Source: Candidatus Eremiobacteria bacterium
GTDB taxonomy: Bacteria; Vulcanimicrobiota; Vulcanimicrobiia; Vulcanimicrobiales; Vulcanimicrobiaceae
Assembly (NCBI GenBank): GCA_963737065.1
Contig: CAVTRC010000001.1
Coordinates: forward strand, 352,001-416,000
Reading direction: 5' to 3'
Length of the DNA: 64,000 bases
Shown: positions 29,890-41,665 of the stretch, one piece after another
Position numbering within the stretch: position 1 is the first letter of the stretch
How the letters are laid out: each line of letters opens with the position of its first letter
Notes under the pieces: generated by a model
Seen by the model: only the letters and a program-made list of their open reading frames with translations
Database searches by the model: none
What the model was told of the DNA's origin: nothing
Program-made: the position numbers and the translations under genes

Positions 29890-30690
29890 GTCAGCTCTGT
29901 TACGCGGCGACTTCAATACTATTGCGACGATGCGCGCAAGTCGTTCTTGCATCGCGCTTACGCGCATAATAGAGGTCGCCCTGACGATTCCGCGTGCGGT
30001 TTTGGACCAACGCAATAACATGGAAGGATCTTTTGAGCTGACGATCACCACCAGTGTTGACACGGACGCTCGCGTTGCGACCGCTCGAACACGGAACGGG
30101 CGCCGCCCCGGCGCGCATCGCGAAGCTCGCGGCGTTACACTAGATGCGAAGATTGCCGGCATGCCCAATGATCCCGGCGGCAACGACAATCGAAACGCCT
30201 CGAAGCTCGAACAATGCGGGCGCAAGGCGTTTAACGAAAGGGCGCAGTTGGCGTTTCAGCTCATTCACTGCAGCACTGCGTCGGCGGATTCCGAGATGGC
30301 CTCGTCGATCTCATCAACAAGCGCATCACCAGTGTTGCTTTTACCGCGATGACCCGTTAGAAGATCTGCTGCATTCTGCAATGCAATTTCGGTCGTCATG
30401 TTTGAGGCGCAGCGGTCCAATCGCGAGCCGCAATGCAGCATCCCGCAGCCGATTTACAGCTTCCGTCCGCTGTCGCACGAGTCGATCGCGGAATGGCGCC
30501 CACGCTCGTGGAGGCGCTGATGGGCCGCTTTGCCGCAACGAAGGCCAGAAAAAACGACGTCGTCCTCGATGGGGTCGCCGAAGCGATCGGGCAAGAGCCG
30601 GCAAGCCTCAAAGACTGGCGAGTCGAAATGCCGCAGCGTTCACGTGATGCGTCCGGCGCATCGATATTTCATCAAAGTCTGAAACTATCG
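29890..30690 (-). mobile_element. IS110-family transposase pseudogene
   Basis: RDRLVRQRTEAVNRLR; ELRGVSIVVAAGIIGHAGN; FAMRAGAAPVPCSSG...NTGGDRQL...YYARKR; internal stop at 30140-30142; ends approximate. Confidence 0.75.
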
Positions 30691-30760
30691 TTGGACAGCG
30701 TTACGCGACTGAGCCACTCCCGCCGCGACACAACGCGGGCGCGTCACGCGTTATGGCAGC

Positions 30761-31612
30761 ATGTTGAAACGACTGACTGATCCGGCGGACTGCGAGCGCC
30801 GGAGCGTTGTTCAAGTAACGAGCAAAAATCGAAATTGGGCCGGACTCGAAGCATTCGTTTGCGATGTGTCGGAAGGGTTTTCGTTGCCGGCACCATCCGA
30901 AAATTACAAAATCTGCATGCACATCGGCGAGCCGATCCATTCGACTTGCCGTTGCGATGGTGCAGTGCATGCCAGGCTTCAGGTTCATGGCGACCTCGAC
31001 ATCATGCCACCGGGATCATTTGCCGCGTGGCACGATGAAGCGCCATCAAGGCTGCTTTGCATCCGGCTTTATCCATCACTACTTAGTGAAGTGAGTCGAA
31101 CAATGGGAGGCGCGTTCGCCGGAAGTCCTCGGCTTCAGATACGCGACCCACGCATCGAACACATCGCTTGGGCAATCAACAGCGAGCTGCAGGCAGAGGA
31201 ACCCTTTGGCCGGCTGTACGCCGAGAGTCTCGGCGTAGCGCTGTGCACGCACGTGTTGCGCCAATACGCCTACATGGCGCCGATCGCCCAGCCTCGGGCC
31301 TTGCCGAAACGGCGGGTGCAGCGCGCCGTTCATCATATCCACGAGCGAATCGATGCGGAGCTTTCGCTGCAGGAACTGGCTGCTGTAGCGGATCTAAGCG
31401 TCTCGCATTTCAAAGCAGTGTTTAAAGAAGTCGTCGGCATGCCGGTGCATCGGTACGTAATGAAAGCGCGCGTAGAATATGCCGTTAACCTTATTACGCT
31501 CGGGCGCCTCCCGCTATGCGACGTTGCTGCGCGATCCGGGTTCGCAAATCAAAGCCACATGGCGCGCTGCATTCGGCGCATGACTGGTTCATCGCCGAGC
31601 GGTTTGCGCTAG
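30761..31612 (+). CDS. AraC family transcriptional regulator
   Basis: GRLYAESL, LSLQELAAVADLSVSHFKAVFK, GFANQSHM. Confidence 0.92.
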   Translation: MLKRLTDPADCERRSVVQVTSKNRNWAGLEAFVCDVSEGFSLPAPSENYKICMHIGEPIHSTCRCDGAVHARLQVHGDLDIMPPGSFAAWHDEAPSRLLCIRLYPSLLSEVSRTMGGAFAGSPRLQIRDPRIEHIAWAINSELQAEEPFGRLYAESLGVALCTHVLRQYAYMAPIAQPRALPKRRVQRAVHHIHERIDAELSLQELAAVADLSVSHFKAVFKEVVGMPVHRYVMKARVEYAVNLITLGRLPLCDVAARSGFANQSHMARCIRRMTGSSPSGLR

Positions 31613-32180
31613 TGCGTTTCTCGCGCAGTTTGCACAAGTCGCGCTGGAAGCCTCCGGCGATAACACAAAGCGATGAGGTATGCGGCACATTACAACCGCG
31701 CGATCGTGGAGTACGCGTCGGACCGCTCGCGTGACGTGTTCGCTCGGGGCGTCAACCTCAGCCTCTAGCTTTTCCGGAACCTGACGCAGAAAGCACATGA
31801 TAGGACGCGGCCGAAACGTGTGCAATCGTGAACATTCCGGCGCCTCGGCGCAGTATTCCCGCCGCCCGCCGTTCCTCTGGTATACCTTTACGAAGCGTTT
31901 CGATCCAAACAAAGGCATTGTGTGATTGGCTTTTTCGTGTCGTTCCACACAGCGGTCCGCGCGGATGCCGCGCAGTGAAGGCTTGCCATCGATGCTGTAA
32001 CGTCGCTGCGCAGCGCTTGCCGCGCGCTATGGATCGAAAGAATCGGCGCGATTCCAACCAATCGCGTAAGGACTGGTGAAGGTGCTTATGTCAACGCCGA
32101 AACCATCGGCTATCAGCTGCGCATGTTCGTGTCCTGCTGCGATCAGGAGCTTTCGGATTTCGGAGCATACACAGCTTGCG

Positions 32181-32747
32181 CTACTTCGAGTCCTTCGTGC
32201 ATGTGGTCTTTACCGTCACAAGGTAGCCCGAAGGCTCCTTGAACGATGCGGCAGTGAACGACTTCCTGTCATTAATCTTCATCAATTTTCGTGGATCGTT
32301 CACGGCGGTCGCATGCGACTGTGGATAAGCGAGGTCCGTCCATACGATCTTGTTTTTGTTCCAACCCGGTGACGTGCTCAAGTCGTATGCTCCATAGTTA
32401 TCCATGCTGATATCCACCCATCGAGAAGTGGACGAATCAAAGGTTACGTACTCATTATTGACGATCGTGATTGGATTCCATGGCACGCTCTCGGTAACGG
32501 TTCGCGTGACCATCCAATAGCCGTCAGGGCTGATTGACGTGGTAGATCGCGTTCGGAAAGCCGTCGGCCGACGGGAACTCATGACACTGCATGTCCACCT
32601 TCCGGTCAAGAAGTGCATGCTCGAAAAATCGGGTTTTCTGTCTCGGGGAATCGGGGTGCTCTCTGTGCGAGGATGCTGCGCTAATGCTATACCGTTTAGG
32701 AATGCGATTGCCAGCGTCACCATGCATGCAATACCGAAGCGAGGCAA
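32181..32747 (-). CDS. Secreted hypothetical protein (DUF1579-like barrel)
   Basis: AGGGGG plus TTG start, signal peptide, PDFSSMHFLTGRWTC, terminal Cys. Confidence 0.7.
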   Translation of the reverse strand: MPRFGIACMVTLAIAFLNGIALAQHPRTESTPIPRDRKPDFSSMHFLTGRWTCSVMSSRRPTAFRTRSTTSISPDGYWMVTRTVTESVPWNPITIVNNEYVTFDSSTSRWVDISMDNYGAYDLSTSPGWNKNKIVWTDLAYPQSHATAVNDPRKLMKINDRKSFTAASFKEPSGYLVTVKTTCTKDSK

Positions 32748-32928
32748 ATGACCCCCTAGAATTCCTGAAGGCGCTTGCGTACAAGTAACGGTTACTATCA
32801 CGGTAGCAGCTCGACTGACGAGCCGTCGCGCCCATTCGGACGTTTTCAAGTACAAATGAGTAGTATTCGAAATGAACTGAAATTTGGTACAGTCGTGATC
32901 CGCCCGGCCGGATACTAGGAGGCTCTAT

Positions 32929-34041
32929 ATGCATACTACCGCGCCCGTTACCGTGCGTCTAGACGAACTACGCGTCGTTTCGACGATGATCGACGGCAAA
33001 GGGCCGTATCATTTCGTGCTAGACACCGGAGCCGGCATCACCGTGATCACACCGGAACTCGCCGAACGCATCGGTCTCGAAGGAAAGAAAAGCGGGCAAG
33101 TTACCGGTAGCGCAACGGTACCGGTAAAGATGCTAACCTTGCAAGATGTACGCGTTGGACGCGCCGAAGTGCGCGGCGTTGCGGCTGCAATCGTTCCGCT
33201 ACCGCTCGATCTCACGTATCAGGGCGACTACGGCAGAATCGACGGTGTACTCGGTTACTCTTTTCTCTCGCACTTCGCCGTGACGATCGACCTGAAGGAC
33301 GACGTAGCTACGTTTACGCCGCCGCAAGCTTACCGAAAGCCGGCACGCGCGTACGGTGTTGGAGCCGATCTCTCCGATAAGACGCCCATCGTCGAAGGTC
33401 GCGCCGATGGATTCACGGGAACGTTTAAAATCGATACCGGTGACTCAGGAGCGCTGACGCTGACTGCGCGGTTCAGAGCAGCGCACAATGTCAAGGAGCG
33501 CTATTCGGATGGAGAACCGGAAATGCTGGAGGGTGTAGGCGGTATGGAGGCAGCCCTCGCGATCCGCGTGCAGACCTTTACACTTGCAGGAGCAGCAATT
33601 GGCAATGTAAGCGCCTCGCTTCCAGCTACGAAGACGGGGGTCTTGGGGACCGCAAGCGGCAACGTTGGCGTCGGCGTGCTGCGCCGCTTTACGTTCACGG
33701 TCGACTACACCGGCCGACGCGTCGACTTCATGCCGAACCATTTGATCGACTCATACGTACCGTATGAGTCAACGGGCCTAAAATCGATGCGACAGTTTGA
33801 CGGAACCTTTCGAGTGATCGCTGTCATTCCACATTCGGCCGGTGAGAAGGCCGGCGTTCAAGTCGGCGACGTGCTTATCACAATCAACGGCGATCAGCTC
33901 CGATCAATGAGCGTTGCTCAAATTGCGGACGCAATGACCGCTGATTCGGTGACATATCTCATCCGATCGGGAAAACATAGTCGCCGCGTGACGCTCCCGC
34001 TCTTCGACTTGCTTCCGCCTCGCTACGTCAGGAAGCGTTGA
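32929..34041 (+). CDS. Double retropepsin-like aspartyl protease with PDZ domain
   Basis: AGGAGG RBS; LDTGA and IDTGD, GVLGYSFL, AEKAG-type PDZ (AGEKAGVQVGDVLITING). Confidence 0.88.
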   Translation: MHTTAPVTVRLDELRVVSTMIDGKGPYHFVLDTGAGITVITPELAERIGLEGKKSGQVTGSATVPVKMLTLQDVRVGRAEVRGVAAAIVPLPLDLTYQGDYGRIDGVLGYSFLSHFAVTIDLKDDVATFTPPQAYRKPARAYGVGADLSDKTPIVEGRADGFTGTFKIDTGDSGALTLTARFRAAHNVKERYSDGEPEMLEGVGGMEAALAIRVQTFTLAGAAIGNVSASLPATKTGVLGTASGNVGVGVLRRFTFTVDYTGRRVDFMPNHLIDSYVPYESTGLKSMRQFDGTFRVIAVIPHSAGEKAGVQVGDVLITINGDQLRSMSVAQIADAMTADSVTYLIRSGKHSRRVTLPLFDLLPPRYVRKR

Positions 34042-34223
34042 ACCGGTGACGCACCCGTTCAACACCACGCAGTTGGATCCCATGCATCGGCGCAGACGTT
34101 CGTCAAACTCCGCGCGTGCCAAGCGCTAGCTACGTCAAACGATTTTTGAATTTCCAGCGCTTTGGGACCCGATCGTGCGGATGAAGCCGAATGCCGCCGG
34201 CGCGTTCCGCTGGTGATGCAAAG

Positions 34224-34733
34224 CTAGCCGAGTTCGGCGTCTCCAGCCGGCGCGGGCGGCACATTCCTTGCCTCCTCGCTAAGCCGCAGTCGCCGTCGCG
34301 CGGAAAACATCGCACCGTGTGCGGGCTGAATGGGCGCGAACGCAGAGAACCCTATCTCCCTTTTCACGTCGTCGTAGATCGCCTCCATGCCGCCACGGGC
34401 GAAATAGGTCTCATGCCAGAAGCCGGTACCGCCGGAATTTTTCACGTATTCCTGCCACCAGACTTGGTGCGGCTCGCTGCGCGCCCAGCGCTCCAACGAG
34501 TCGAAGTCGCGCCAGTACTGCCGCATGCCTGCGTGCGGCGGAACAAGCGAATAGACGATATTTTCGTGCAACAGTAATCCATCGGGTTTTTCCGCGACGC
34601 TGCTCTGGATTTTTGGGCCAAATCCAAACAGTGTTTTCAAGCCAGCCCATGTTCGAACGCGCATACCGAGATAAATAACGACGAGATCGGGATAACCAGA
34701 AAGATCGACGGTTAACCGTTGGACCGGCGCCAT
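34224..34733 (-). CDS. DUF4188 family protein
   Basis: LVVIYLGMR, QYWRDFDSLERWARSEPH, GFWHETY; GGAGG RBS. Confidence 0.85.
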   Translation of the reverse strand: MAPVQRLTVDLSGYPDLVVIYLGMRVRTWAGLKTLFGFGPKIQSSVAEKPDGLLLHENIVYSLVPPHAGMRQYWRDFDSLERWARSEPHQVWWQEYVKNSGGTGFWHETYFARGGMEAIYDDVKREIGFSAFAPIQPAHGAMFSARRRLRLSEEARNVPPAPAGDAELG

Positions 34734-36589
34734 AGCGTGCCTCCGGGAGTGCCGCAGAGCGGCGTCCTCGACGTGGCAACGGATGCTCGCGATTCCGCGC
34801 TACGCAACAGTCGCCCTATACTTGTTTGGGTTCGGCATTGTGGTTCCGGATCGGTGCAAGCTCCATGAACAGTAAATCCGCGGCAACATCCCGCGCCACT
34901 TCGCTCGCTGCATTAGCAGGCCGTTGAATTTCAACGAGCCGGGTTTGCGATAGAGCTGGATCGCTTTCCCCGTCGTCGGTACGTGCGTGCCCAAACGCAT
35001 CTGTTGATATCGGCATGTACGCGCGTGCGATGTTTGGCGATCAAAGCAGTCCGGAGCTGCTCGAGCCAATCGGCGCGGCGCGCCATGAGCACGAACGTGG
35101 CGACCCGTGCTGGAAAGCTGGATGGAGAGCTCACGCCCGATACGTGCGGTGCACCGGTAATTAATACCCTGCCACCGTTCATCGCTGGTCGGCCCGTGGT
35201 TATCCGGACGACCGAAGAGGCGTTTAAACAGTCGTTGCACGCAATTGTCCTCATCATAAAGAACATGGCCGACCGCAATTCGGTTTTCTCGTACTGGCAC
35301 GCCTTCAACGCGAACGCAAAGGATACCGTCAAGAACCTCGACAGGTTCGGACGATCTAACGCACGTTCGGACGAAATTGTGGCGCATCAGTATGGCGAAG
35401 GCCACTCTCGCCATTGTGCGAAAGGCTTCGGATCTTTCGGAGTGGCCGATTTGCTGGCTGGTCAGCTCGCTAAGCGTCGCAGTCGCTCGCGTCCCGAAGA
35501 CACTGCTGGCCGCTCCGTCGATGCCGGCTCGCGTGGGCGTACGCTGCGGTTGACATCGAACTGTGCCTCGACGTCCGCAAAGAGCGCGGCGACGAGATTC
35601 CTGCCTCCGAAGCCCAGCGGACACGGAGGCACTAAACTATGATAAAAAAGTCGCACAGTGAGCGCTCGCGTTAATCGGATTCGCTTTCATTATTGCGATC
35701 TTCGTCGTGCGAGATCACAACCTCGCCTACACGCTATCGGTTACCGGCCGTATCATCATGGCGCTAAACAACTCCTTTCTCGGAGGGCCTGATGCCGAAG
35801 TCGAGCCGCATAATCGTCGCAATAACTGTACCCGTTTCGCTGGTAGCGGTATGGACAATCTACTTCCTCGGTGGAAAAGCGCCTTACTTAACCGTCGCAT
35901 TGGTTGTTTTTATAGGCTTTGCTTTCGCATGCTACAGCACGTCTCGGCGTCTCGCGTCGCCATGTTTGGGTTCGGCATGGGCGCGTATGGGCTCTCCTAT
36001 CTACTGGTCGGCACACTGCCTGCGGCGCTGCTGTGGCAGTGCGAGCACCAACTGTACAACGTTGCTTTCAAACGGGCAGCAAACTAAGATGCTGCGATTT
36101 ACGAATCTGCGCTTTACGTTGTCCTTGTTCTCCTAGCGATTGGCACGGCTTCTAGTGGCCGCTAAGAAACTTCTTCGCCAGTAACTACGCCTATGCGAGC
36201 AACAGTAGTGCAGCCGTGACAACGAATCCAGACGGCTCCATTGTTAGCGACGTGGCGCCGACGCCGCGCATGGGCCATGGCACCCGCACATCATGCCGTT
36301 CATCGCACAATCAGCGGTCGCGAACTGGTCCGCCGGATTCGATGGCTCTCCCGTGATCCTGGGCCCATACCAGCGCGCGTACGAGCCGAATACCATCTTT
36401 ATTCCCGTGCGCGCGTGGTCGGACGGCACGGCCGACGTGCTCAATCGCGCGTGACACGTACATAATTTCCGCGCGCCACGCTGCTCGCCAGGTAACGATC
36501 ACTACAGACGTTCCGCGTAGGAAGCGGTGGTTCTAGACGCTACCGCGACAATGGCTCTTGAGTGGCGGTGCGATTCTACCTACCATCTT

Positions 36590-37210
36590 ATGATGAACAA
36601 GCGGTACAGGATCGGTCGAGCATATTTCTTCTTGATGGGAATCCTTTCGGCATTGTTTGCGGTGACCGGCACAGATGCAAGGGCGACGAGCTGCTTGGAT
36701 ACCGCGATGAAAGGCATCGATCGACGGTCTTCGACCGCGCGGTCATTCGATTTTTTTGAAGGCCACTGGACCGTGTCGATGCAACAACGAAAAATCGATC
36801 GTGAATTGCACCCATCATCACACTGGGTGCGCTTTCCGGCAACGGTTTCAGTGCGGCGCGTGCTCGAGGGCGCAGGCTTTGAAGAAGACTATACCCTTAT
36901 CAAGCCGCGTGGCTCGAAATATGCAATCGGTACTCGGCTGTACGACCCAAGAAAGAATCAATGGGCGATCTACTGGGCGAACAAAGACGACGGCCAATGG
37001 CAGCCTCCCGCCATTGGAGGTTTCAAGACGGCGGCGGGATTTACCGTAATTTACGACGACACGTGGGCGTCGCGTCCGATCTTGACTCGATACGAGTGGA
37101 CGACCCGAGATCCGAATCATCCGAGTTGGGTTCAATCACTTTCCGGCAATTGCGGCGCAACGTGGATTTCGAACTGGATAATGCAGTTTTCACGATTGAA
37201 GCGACGCTAA
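36590..37210 (+). CDS. Secreted DUF1579-like protein
   Basis: Signal peptide, SFDFFEGHW, RLYDP...WAIYW, WVQSLS..G.TW..NWIM.F. Confidence 0.75.
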   Translation: MMNKRYRIGRAYFFLMGILSALFAVTGTDARATSCLDTAMKGIDRRSSTARSFDFFEGHWTVSMQQRKIDRELHPSSHWVRFPATVSVRRVLEGAGFEEDYTLIKPRGSKYAIGTRLYDPRKNQWAIYWANKDDGQWQPPAIGGFKTAAGFTVIYDDTWASRPILTRYEWTTRDPNHPSWVQSLSGNCGATWISNWIMQFSRLKRR

Positions 37211-37420
37211 GATCGGTGAGTGAAAGATTGTCCGATATTCGGGTGGCTGGGATAAACGAATGCCATGAATAAAATGCGAAAGGATGCGCCTACATGCGAG
37301 TCCGGCCACATGAGGAAATCGAACGCAAACTGCGCGATGAAGATCTTCAGGTAGGCCGTCTCGCGCAGATAAATGTCCGCGTTCAGGTCTATCCGTGCCG
37401 GGGAAGAGCGGCCTGAGTTC

Positions 37421-37957
37421 TCAAACGACGACGCGCAGATGCTTTCGCCGATACGCGCTTCCGGCCTCGCCGAATTCCGCTTCGGTCACTAAGACCAGTT
37501 GGTCATTCTCAGTCGCGCGATTAGCTGACAGCAGAAGAACGATGTCGCTAGAAGATCTGCAGTGCGCTTCGAGCGCCGGCGCGATAAATTCTTCTCTGCC
37601 ACCCGTCCGTTCATCGTTGACGATTTCACGAATAACGCGCGCCGGATACGCTAGATAGAGTTCGTTGGCCTGGCGCACGACCGCGGCGCGTTCGGTGTAC
37701 TTGCGCAATATGTCGGCTACGCTTGGACGTGCAATGAATACCAGATGGACCCTGTTGCCGAGTGGGCACTCGAGGGCGACCCGCCGTGAACCGACGTCCC
37801 AGAAAATCGTGTCGTCGTCTTCGACCGGCGCTGCAGTGACGAACACCGAGCGTACCATCGCAGTAGCATCATCGTGCGTCCGAACGACGATCTCGAGGAC
37901 GAGCGACTCCCGAACGTTCTCCATCCTCGTTTCGTTCGCGTATGGCAGGTAGTTCAC
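37421..37957 (-). CDS. Hypothetical protein, possibly frameshifted at its 3' end
   Basis: 178-aa ORF with protein-like composition; no motif recognised. Confidence 0.4.
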   Translation of the reverse strand: MNYLPYANETRMENVRESLVLEIVVRTHDDATAMVRSVFVTAAPVEDDDTIFWDVGSRRVALECPLGNRVHLVFIARPSVADILRKYTERAAVVRQANELYLAYPARVIREIVNDERTGGREEFIAPALEAHCRSSSDIVLLLSANRATENDQLVLVTEAEFGEAGSAYRRKHLRVVV

Positions 37958-38109
37958 TTGGAGTCATAAGCCCCAATGAACCGCTGCCGCACGCCCTATC
38001 AAGATGGCGGAGCGAACTCCCGGCGGTGATTTGCAACCTAACCGTCCCATCGCCTGGTAGGAGCGTCTACAGCAAGTCCTCGAAGCGACCGCTCGGGGAG
38101 GCGCTTTTC

Positions 38110-38460
38110 ATGAAGGGCGATGGGAATCGGGACGTCGCGTACTACGTTCTGGCATCAGCGACGATCGCGATAACGATCATTTCGTTCAGGGCTTCGCACG
38201 AATTCGGTTTTGTCTTATCAGGGATGGGTGCGGATCTGTTCCTCGTTTCCGGTTGGCGCAGCTCTTTCAATTTCGACGATCGAACCGCACTCAACATCAT
38301 GCTTTTCGCGCTTTTGGTCGCCGTCCCGTTGCAACTGTACTCATTCCAATATCATGTTATGTGGCCGGGCTCCGTCGGAAGCGCGGCGACTCTCGCTGGG
38401 GCATTTCTTCTTATGCGCCGCGCAAAGCGTATCTCGAAACAAAGAAGCGCCGCTTCATAG
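38110..38460 (+). CDS. Small 4-TM membrane protein
   Basis: GGGGAGG RBS, four hydrophobic segments, basic C-terminal tail. Confidence 0.65.
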   Translation: MKGDGNRDVAYYVLASATIAITIISFRASHEFGFVLSGMGADLFLVSGWRSSFNFDDRTALNIMLFALLVAVPLQLYSFQYHVMWPGSVGSAATLAGAFLLMRRAKRISKQRSAAS

Positions 38461-38472
38461 TCTGCGCTCTTT

Positions 38473-41400
38473 CTAATGCGCTGCGCTCATCGCCGCGCGT
38501 AGCTTTGCCTCGGCTCTTGCGGCGTCGGAGCTCAGTTTGTCGAACACCTCGTACTCCGCGGCGGTCGGACGGACGTATCCTGTGTCGACTTCCGCGTTGA
38601 GGTACGCGATGAAACTGCGTAAGCGCGATTCGTACAGCAGCGCGCCTTCATCGGACTGCTTATGCACGAGATCGACCACATTGCCGATCGCATCATCCAG
38701 TTGCTTCGCAGCCGCGCTACCCGCGAGCAACCTTCGCGCGCGCCGCAACCGCCTCGTTCACAGTGCGATCCAGCGCGTCTTGCAATGCGTGGATCTTCAA
38801 GCCGAGATCGCGACGTGCCGCGAGATCAGCCGCCGTTGCGGTACTGCGCGGATCGAGCGTCAGCACGAGCGGCTGCGACACCGTCGCACCACCATACGAA
38901 AGCGTCACCGTGTAGTTCCCCGGCACGATCTGCGCTCCGAGCAGCGAATCATCGAGCCCACCGCCGGAACCCGACGGTTCGAATCCGGTAATCTCGGTCG
39001 AATCCGGATACCGAAGATCCCACTGGAACGTATTCATGCCCGGCGCAATACCGGTGAGCCGTTCGTAGGCATGCTGACGATCTTCCGTCGGATGATAACG
39101 CTCGCTCGGCGCTTCGGGCTCACCGCGTTGCCGCATGTGAAGATCGAACGTGCGCACGACGTTGCCGGCACTATCTTTGAACGTCAACGACGCCGGCGTG
39201 CTACCGCTGTACGACCGCGGCACGTAAAAGATCACCGCTGCGCCGAACAGCGGATTCTCACCGTTGCCCGCCGCATTCGGTCCGCCGCCGAACATCGGTG
39301 CACCATACGCATGCGTCAACCACGCGCGCTGCGGTTGATAGAGAACTGCCCCATTCGCATTCGACGGAGACGCCTTCGCGAGTTGCTCGAGCAACGTCAG
39401 GTTATCGAGCACCCACATCGAGCGGCCATGCGTTGCGATCACAACCTTGCCTTCACGGCTGTTGATCGCGACATCGCGCACCTGAACGTTCGGCAGGTTG
39501 AGCGTCAGCGGTTGCCAGTGATTCGCACCATCGAAGCTCACGAAGATCGTGCTCTTCGTTGTCAGGAAGAACAGGTTCGGCGCGTTCGGATCCTGCCGCA
39601 CCGTGTACAAATACTGATCGGTAGGCACACCATCGGCGATTGCCGTCCATGTCTTGCCGAAATCCGTCGTCTTGTAGATGTACGGATGAAAATCGTCGTA
39701 CTGATAACGCGACGCGGTGAGGTATGCCGTGCCTTTCTCGGTGTGCGACGCTTCGATCGACGTAATTTCCGCCCACTGCGGCAATGCCGGCGGCGTGATC
39801 GCCGTCCACGTCGCACCATGATCGGTCGTCACGTGCACCAGACCGTCCGCCGATCCGGCCCACATCTCGTTGCCGTCAAGCGGTGAAACCGAAAGCGCGG
39901 AGACATATGGGAAAATCTCGGCACTCGACGCATCGACATCGATCGGACCGCCGCTCGCCGCTTCGCTTTTCGGATCGTTGCGCGTCAGGTCCGGACTGAT
40001 CTTCTTCCATGTTTGCCCGTAATCGGTGCTGCTGAGCACGTATTGCGCGCCGACCAGCAGTTCTTTCGGATTCGTCGGCGAGAAAATAATGGGATGCGTC
40101 CACGCGAGCCGGTACTCGAGCTCGCCGGAACTTGCGCCTTCGCGGTAGAGCGGGTACGGACTGACGCTATTGTACTCGTCAGTCGTATTATCGTGGCGCA
40201 TCATGATGCTGTAGTAGCCGCTGCCGTAGTCGATATTGACGTTGCCCGGCTGCGGTGCGACGTACGTGCTCTCGCCCAGCGCCGTGCGCCGCCAATCGCT
40301 CGTCAAAACAACGCCGCCTGAAGCCGCGCTCGGCCCTTCCCATGAACCTTCGTCTTGTTGCGCGCCGTAAATGTTAAACGGAAACGCTTCGTCGAGCGCG
40401 ACGTGATAAAACTGCGCCGTGAGTTGATTGTGCTCGGTGCTCCACGTCTTGCCGCGGTCGGTCGACACCGTGCCGCCGCCGTCGTTGCCCTCCAGAATGA
40501 TGTTCGAATTCTTCGGATCGATCCACACGATGTGATTGTCGCCATGCGGCGGACGTAACAAGCTGAAATGATAGCCGCCGTCATGCGAAACGAAAAACCG
40601 TGCGTTCGGCACGTAAATCGTGTTCGGATCACTCGGATCGGTATAGACGGCCGTGTAATAGAACGCCCGCTGACGCATCTCCATGCTGTCGTTCACGCGC
40701 TTCCAGCGAGCGCCGCCGTCGTCCGACCGAAAGACGCCGCCATCCTTTGCTTGCACGATCGCATACACGATCTTCGGATTGCTCTGCGCGATGCTCACGC
40801 CGATACGTCCCAGCACGCCGATCGCAAACCCGGGATTCGTCGAGATTTTCGTCCAGTGCGCGCCGCCGTCGGTCGTTTTATAGAGACCGCTACGGGGACC
40901 GCCTGAACTCAGTCCCCACGCTCGGCGATAGGCCTGCCACATCGAAGCATAGAGCGTGTTCGGATGTGAATTATCCATCACGAGATCGATCGCGCCGGTC
41001 GCGTCGTCAATGTAGAGAATCTTGCGCCAATGCGCTCCACCGTCCGTCGACTTGAAAATCCCGCGGTCGGGATTATTCGCGTATACATGACCCATTGAGG
41101 CCGCATACACCACGTTGGCATCGTGCGGGTCGACCACGATCTTTGCGATCGTATGCGTGTCCTTTAGCCCCGAGTAGTGCCACGTTTTGCCGGCGTTCGT
41201 CGTCTTGTACACGCCGTCGCCGGTGATAAACGTGTTGCGTATATCAGCCTCGCCGGTGCCTGCGTAGATGACGTTCGGATTCGACGGGGCAACGGCAAGC
41301 GCGCCGATGCTATTCGAAGCATTCAGCTGGCCGTCGGTAATGTTCGTCCACGTGAGGCCATAGTTCGTCGAACGCCATACGCCGCCGTCAACCCCGCCGA

Positions 41401-41593
41401 AGTAAAACGTAAACGGATTTCCGGGTACGGCATCAACGGCGACCGCGCGCCCGCCGATGCCGGGCCCGACGTTACGCCAATGCAGCGCTCTTAAAACGGT
41501 TTCCGTACTGGGCGCAGCAGTTTGCGCCCCGGTTGGTATAGCAGCAAGGAACAGCAATGCAGCGATCCCCGCAAATCGCTTCGTTCTCCACAT
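38473..41593 (-). CDS. VPS10/BNR-repeat beta-propeller, glycosyl hydrolase-like (+1 frameshift near 38720)
   Basis: Signal peptide, WRNVGP..GGR, many S/T-x-D-x-G-x-x-W repeats, GAQQDEGS; C-terminus continues in ORF 38473-38748. Confidence 0.88.
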
Positions 41594-41614
41594 GCTGCGC
41601 ACTTTGACGAGCGA

Positions 41615-41636
41615 CGGGTAGTGCCTCCACTACCCG
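41615..41636. terminator. Hairpin between alr and the VPS10 gene
   Basis: CGGGTAGTG-cctc-CACTACCCG; no clear U tract. Confidence 0.4.
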
Positions 41637-41665
41637 CCTACAAACAAGAATTGACTTACATCAAT

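Noticed and set aside
31613..32180. Possible small genes downstream of araC
   Set aside because: Several short competing ORFs, none with a recognisable motif or clear RBS.
34800..35642. ORFs 34800-35624 (-) and 34983-35642 (+)
   Set aside because: The middle of the + ORF looks protein-like but has no credible start or family; possibly a decayed gene.
35707..36502. Membrane-protein-like fragments and a Cys-rich 66-aa ORF
   Set aside because: Hydrophobic pieces are split across frames; no modification enzymes nearby to support a RiPP precursor.
38537..39886. 449-aa plus-strand ORF
   Set aside because: Arg-rich antisense shadow of the VPS10 gene.
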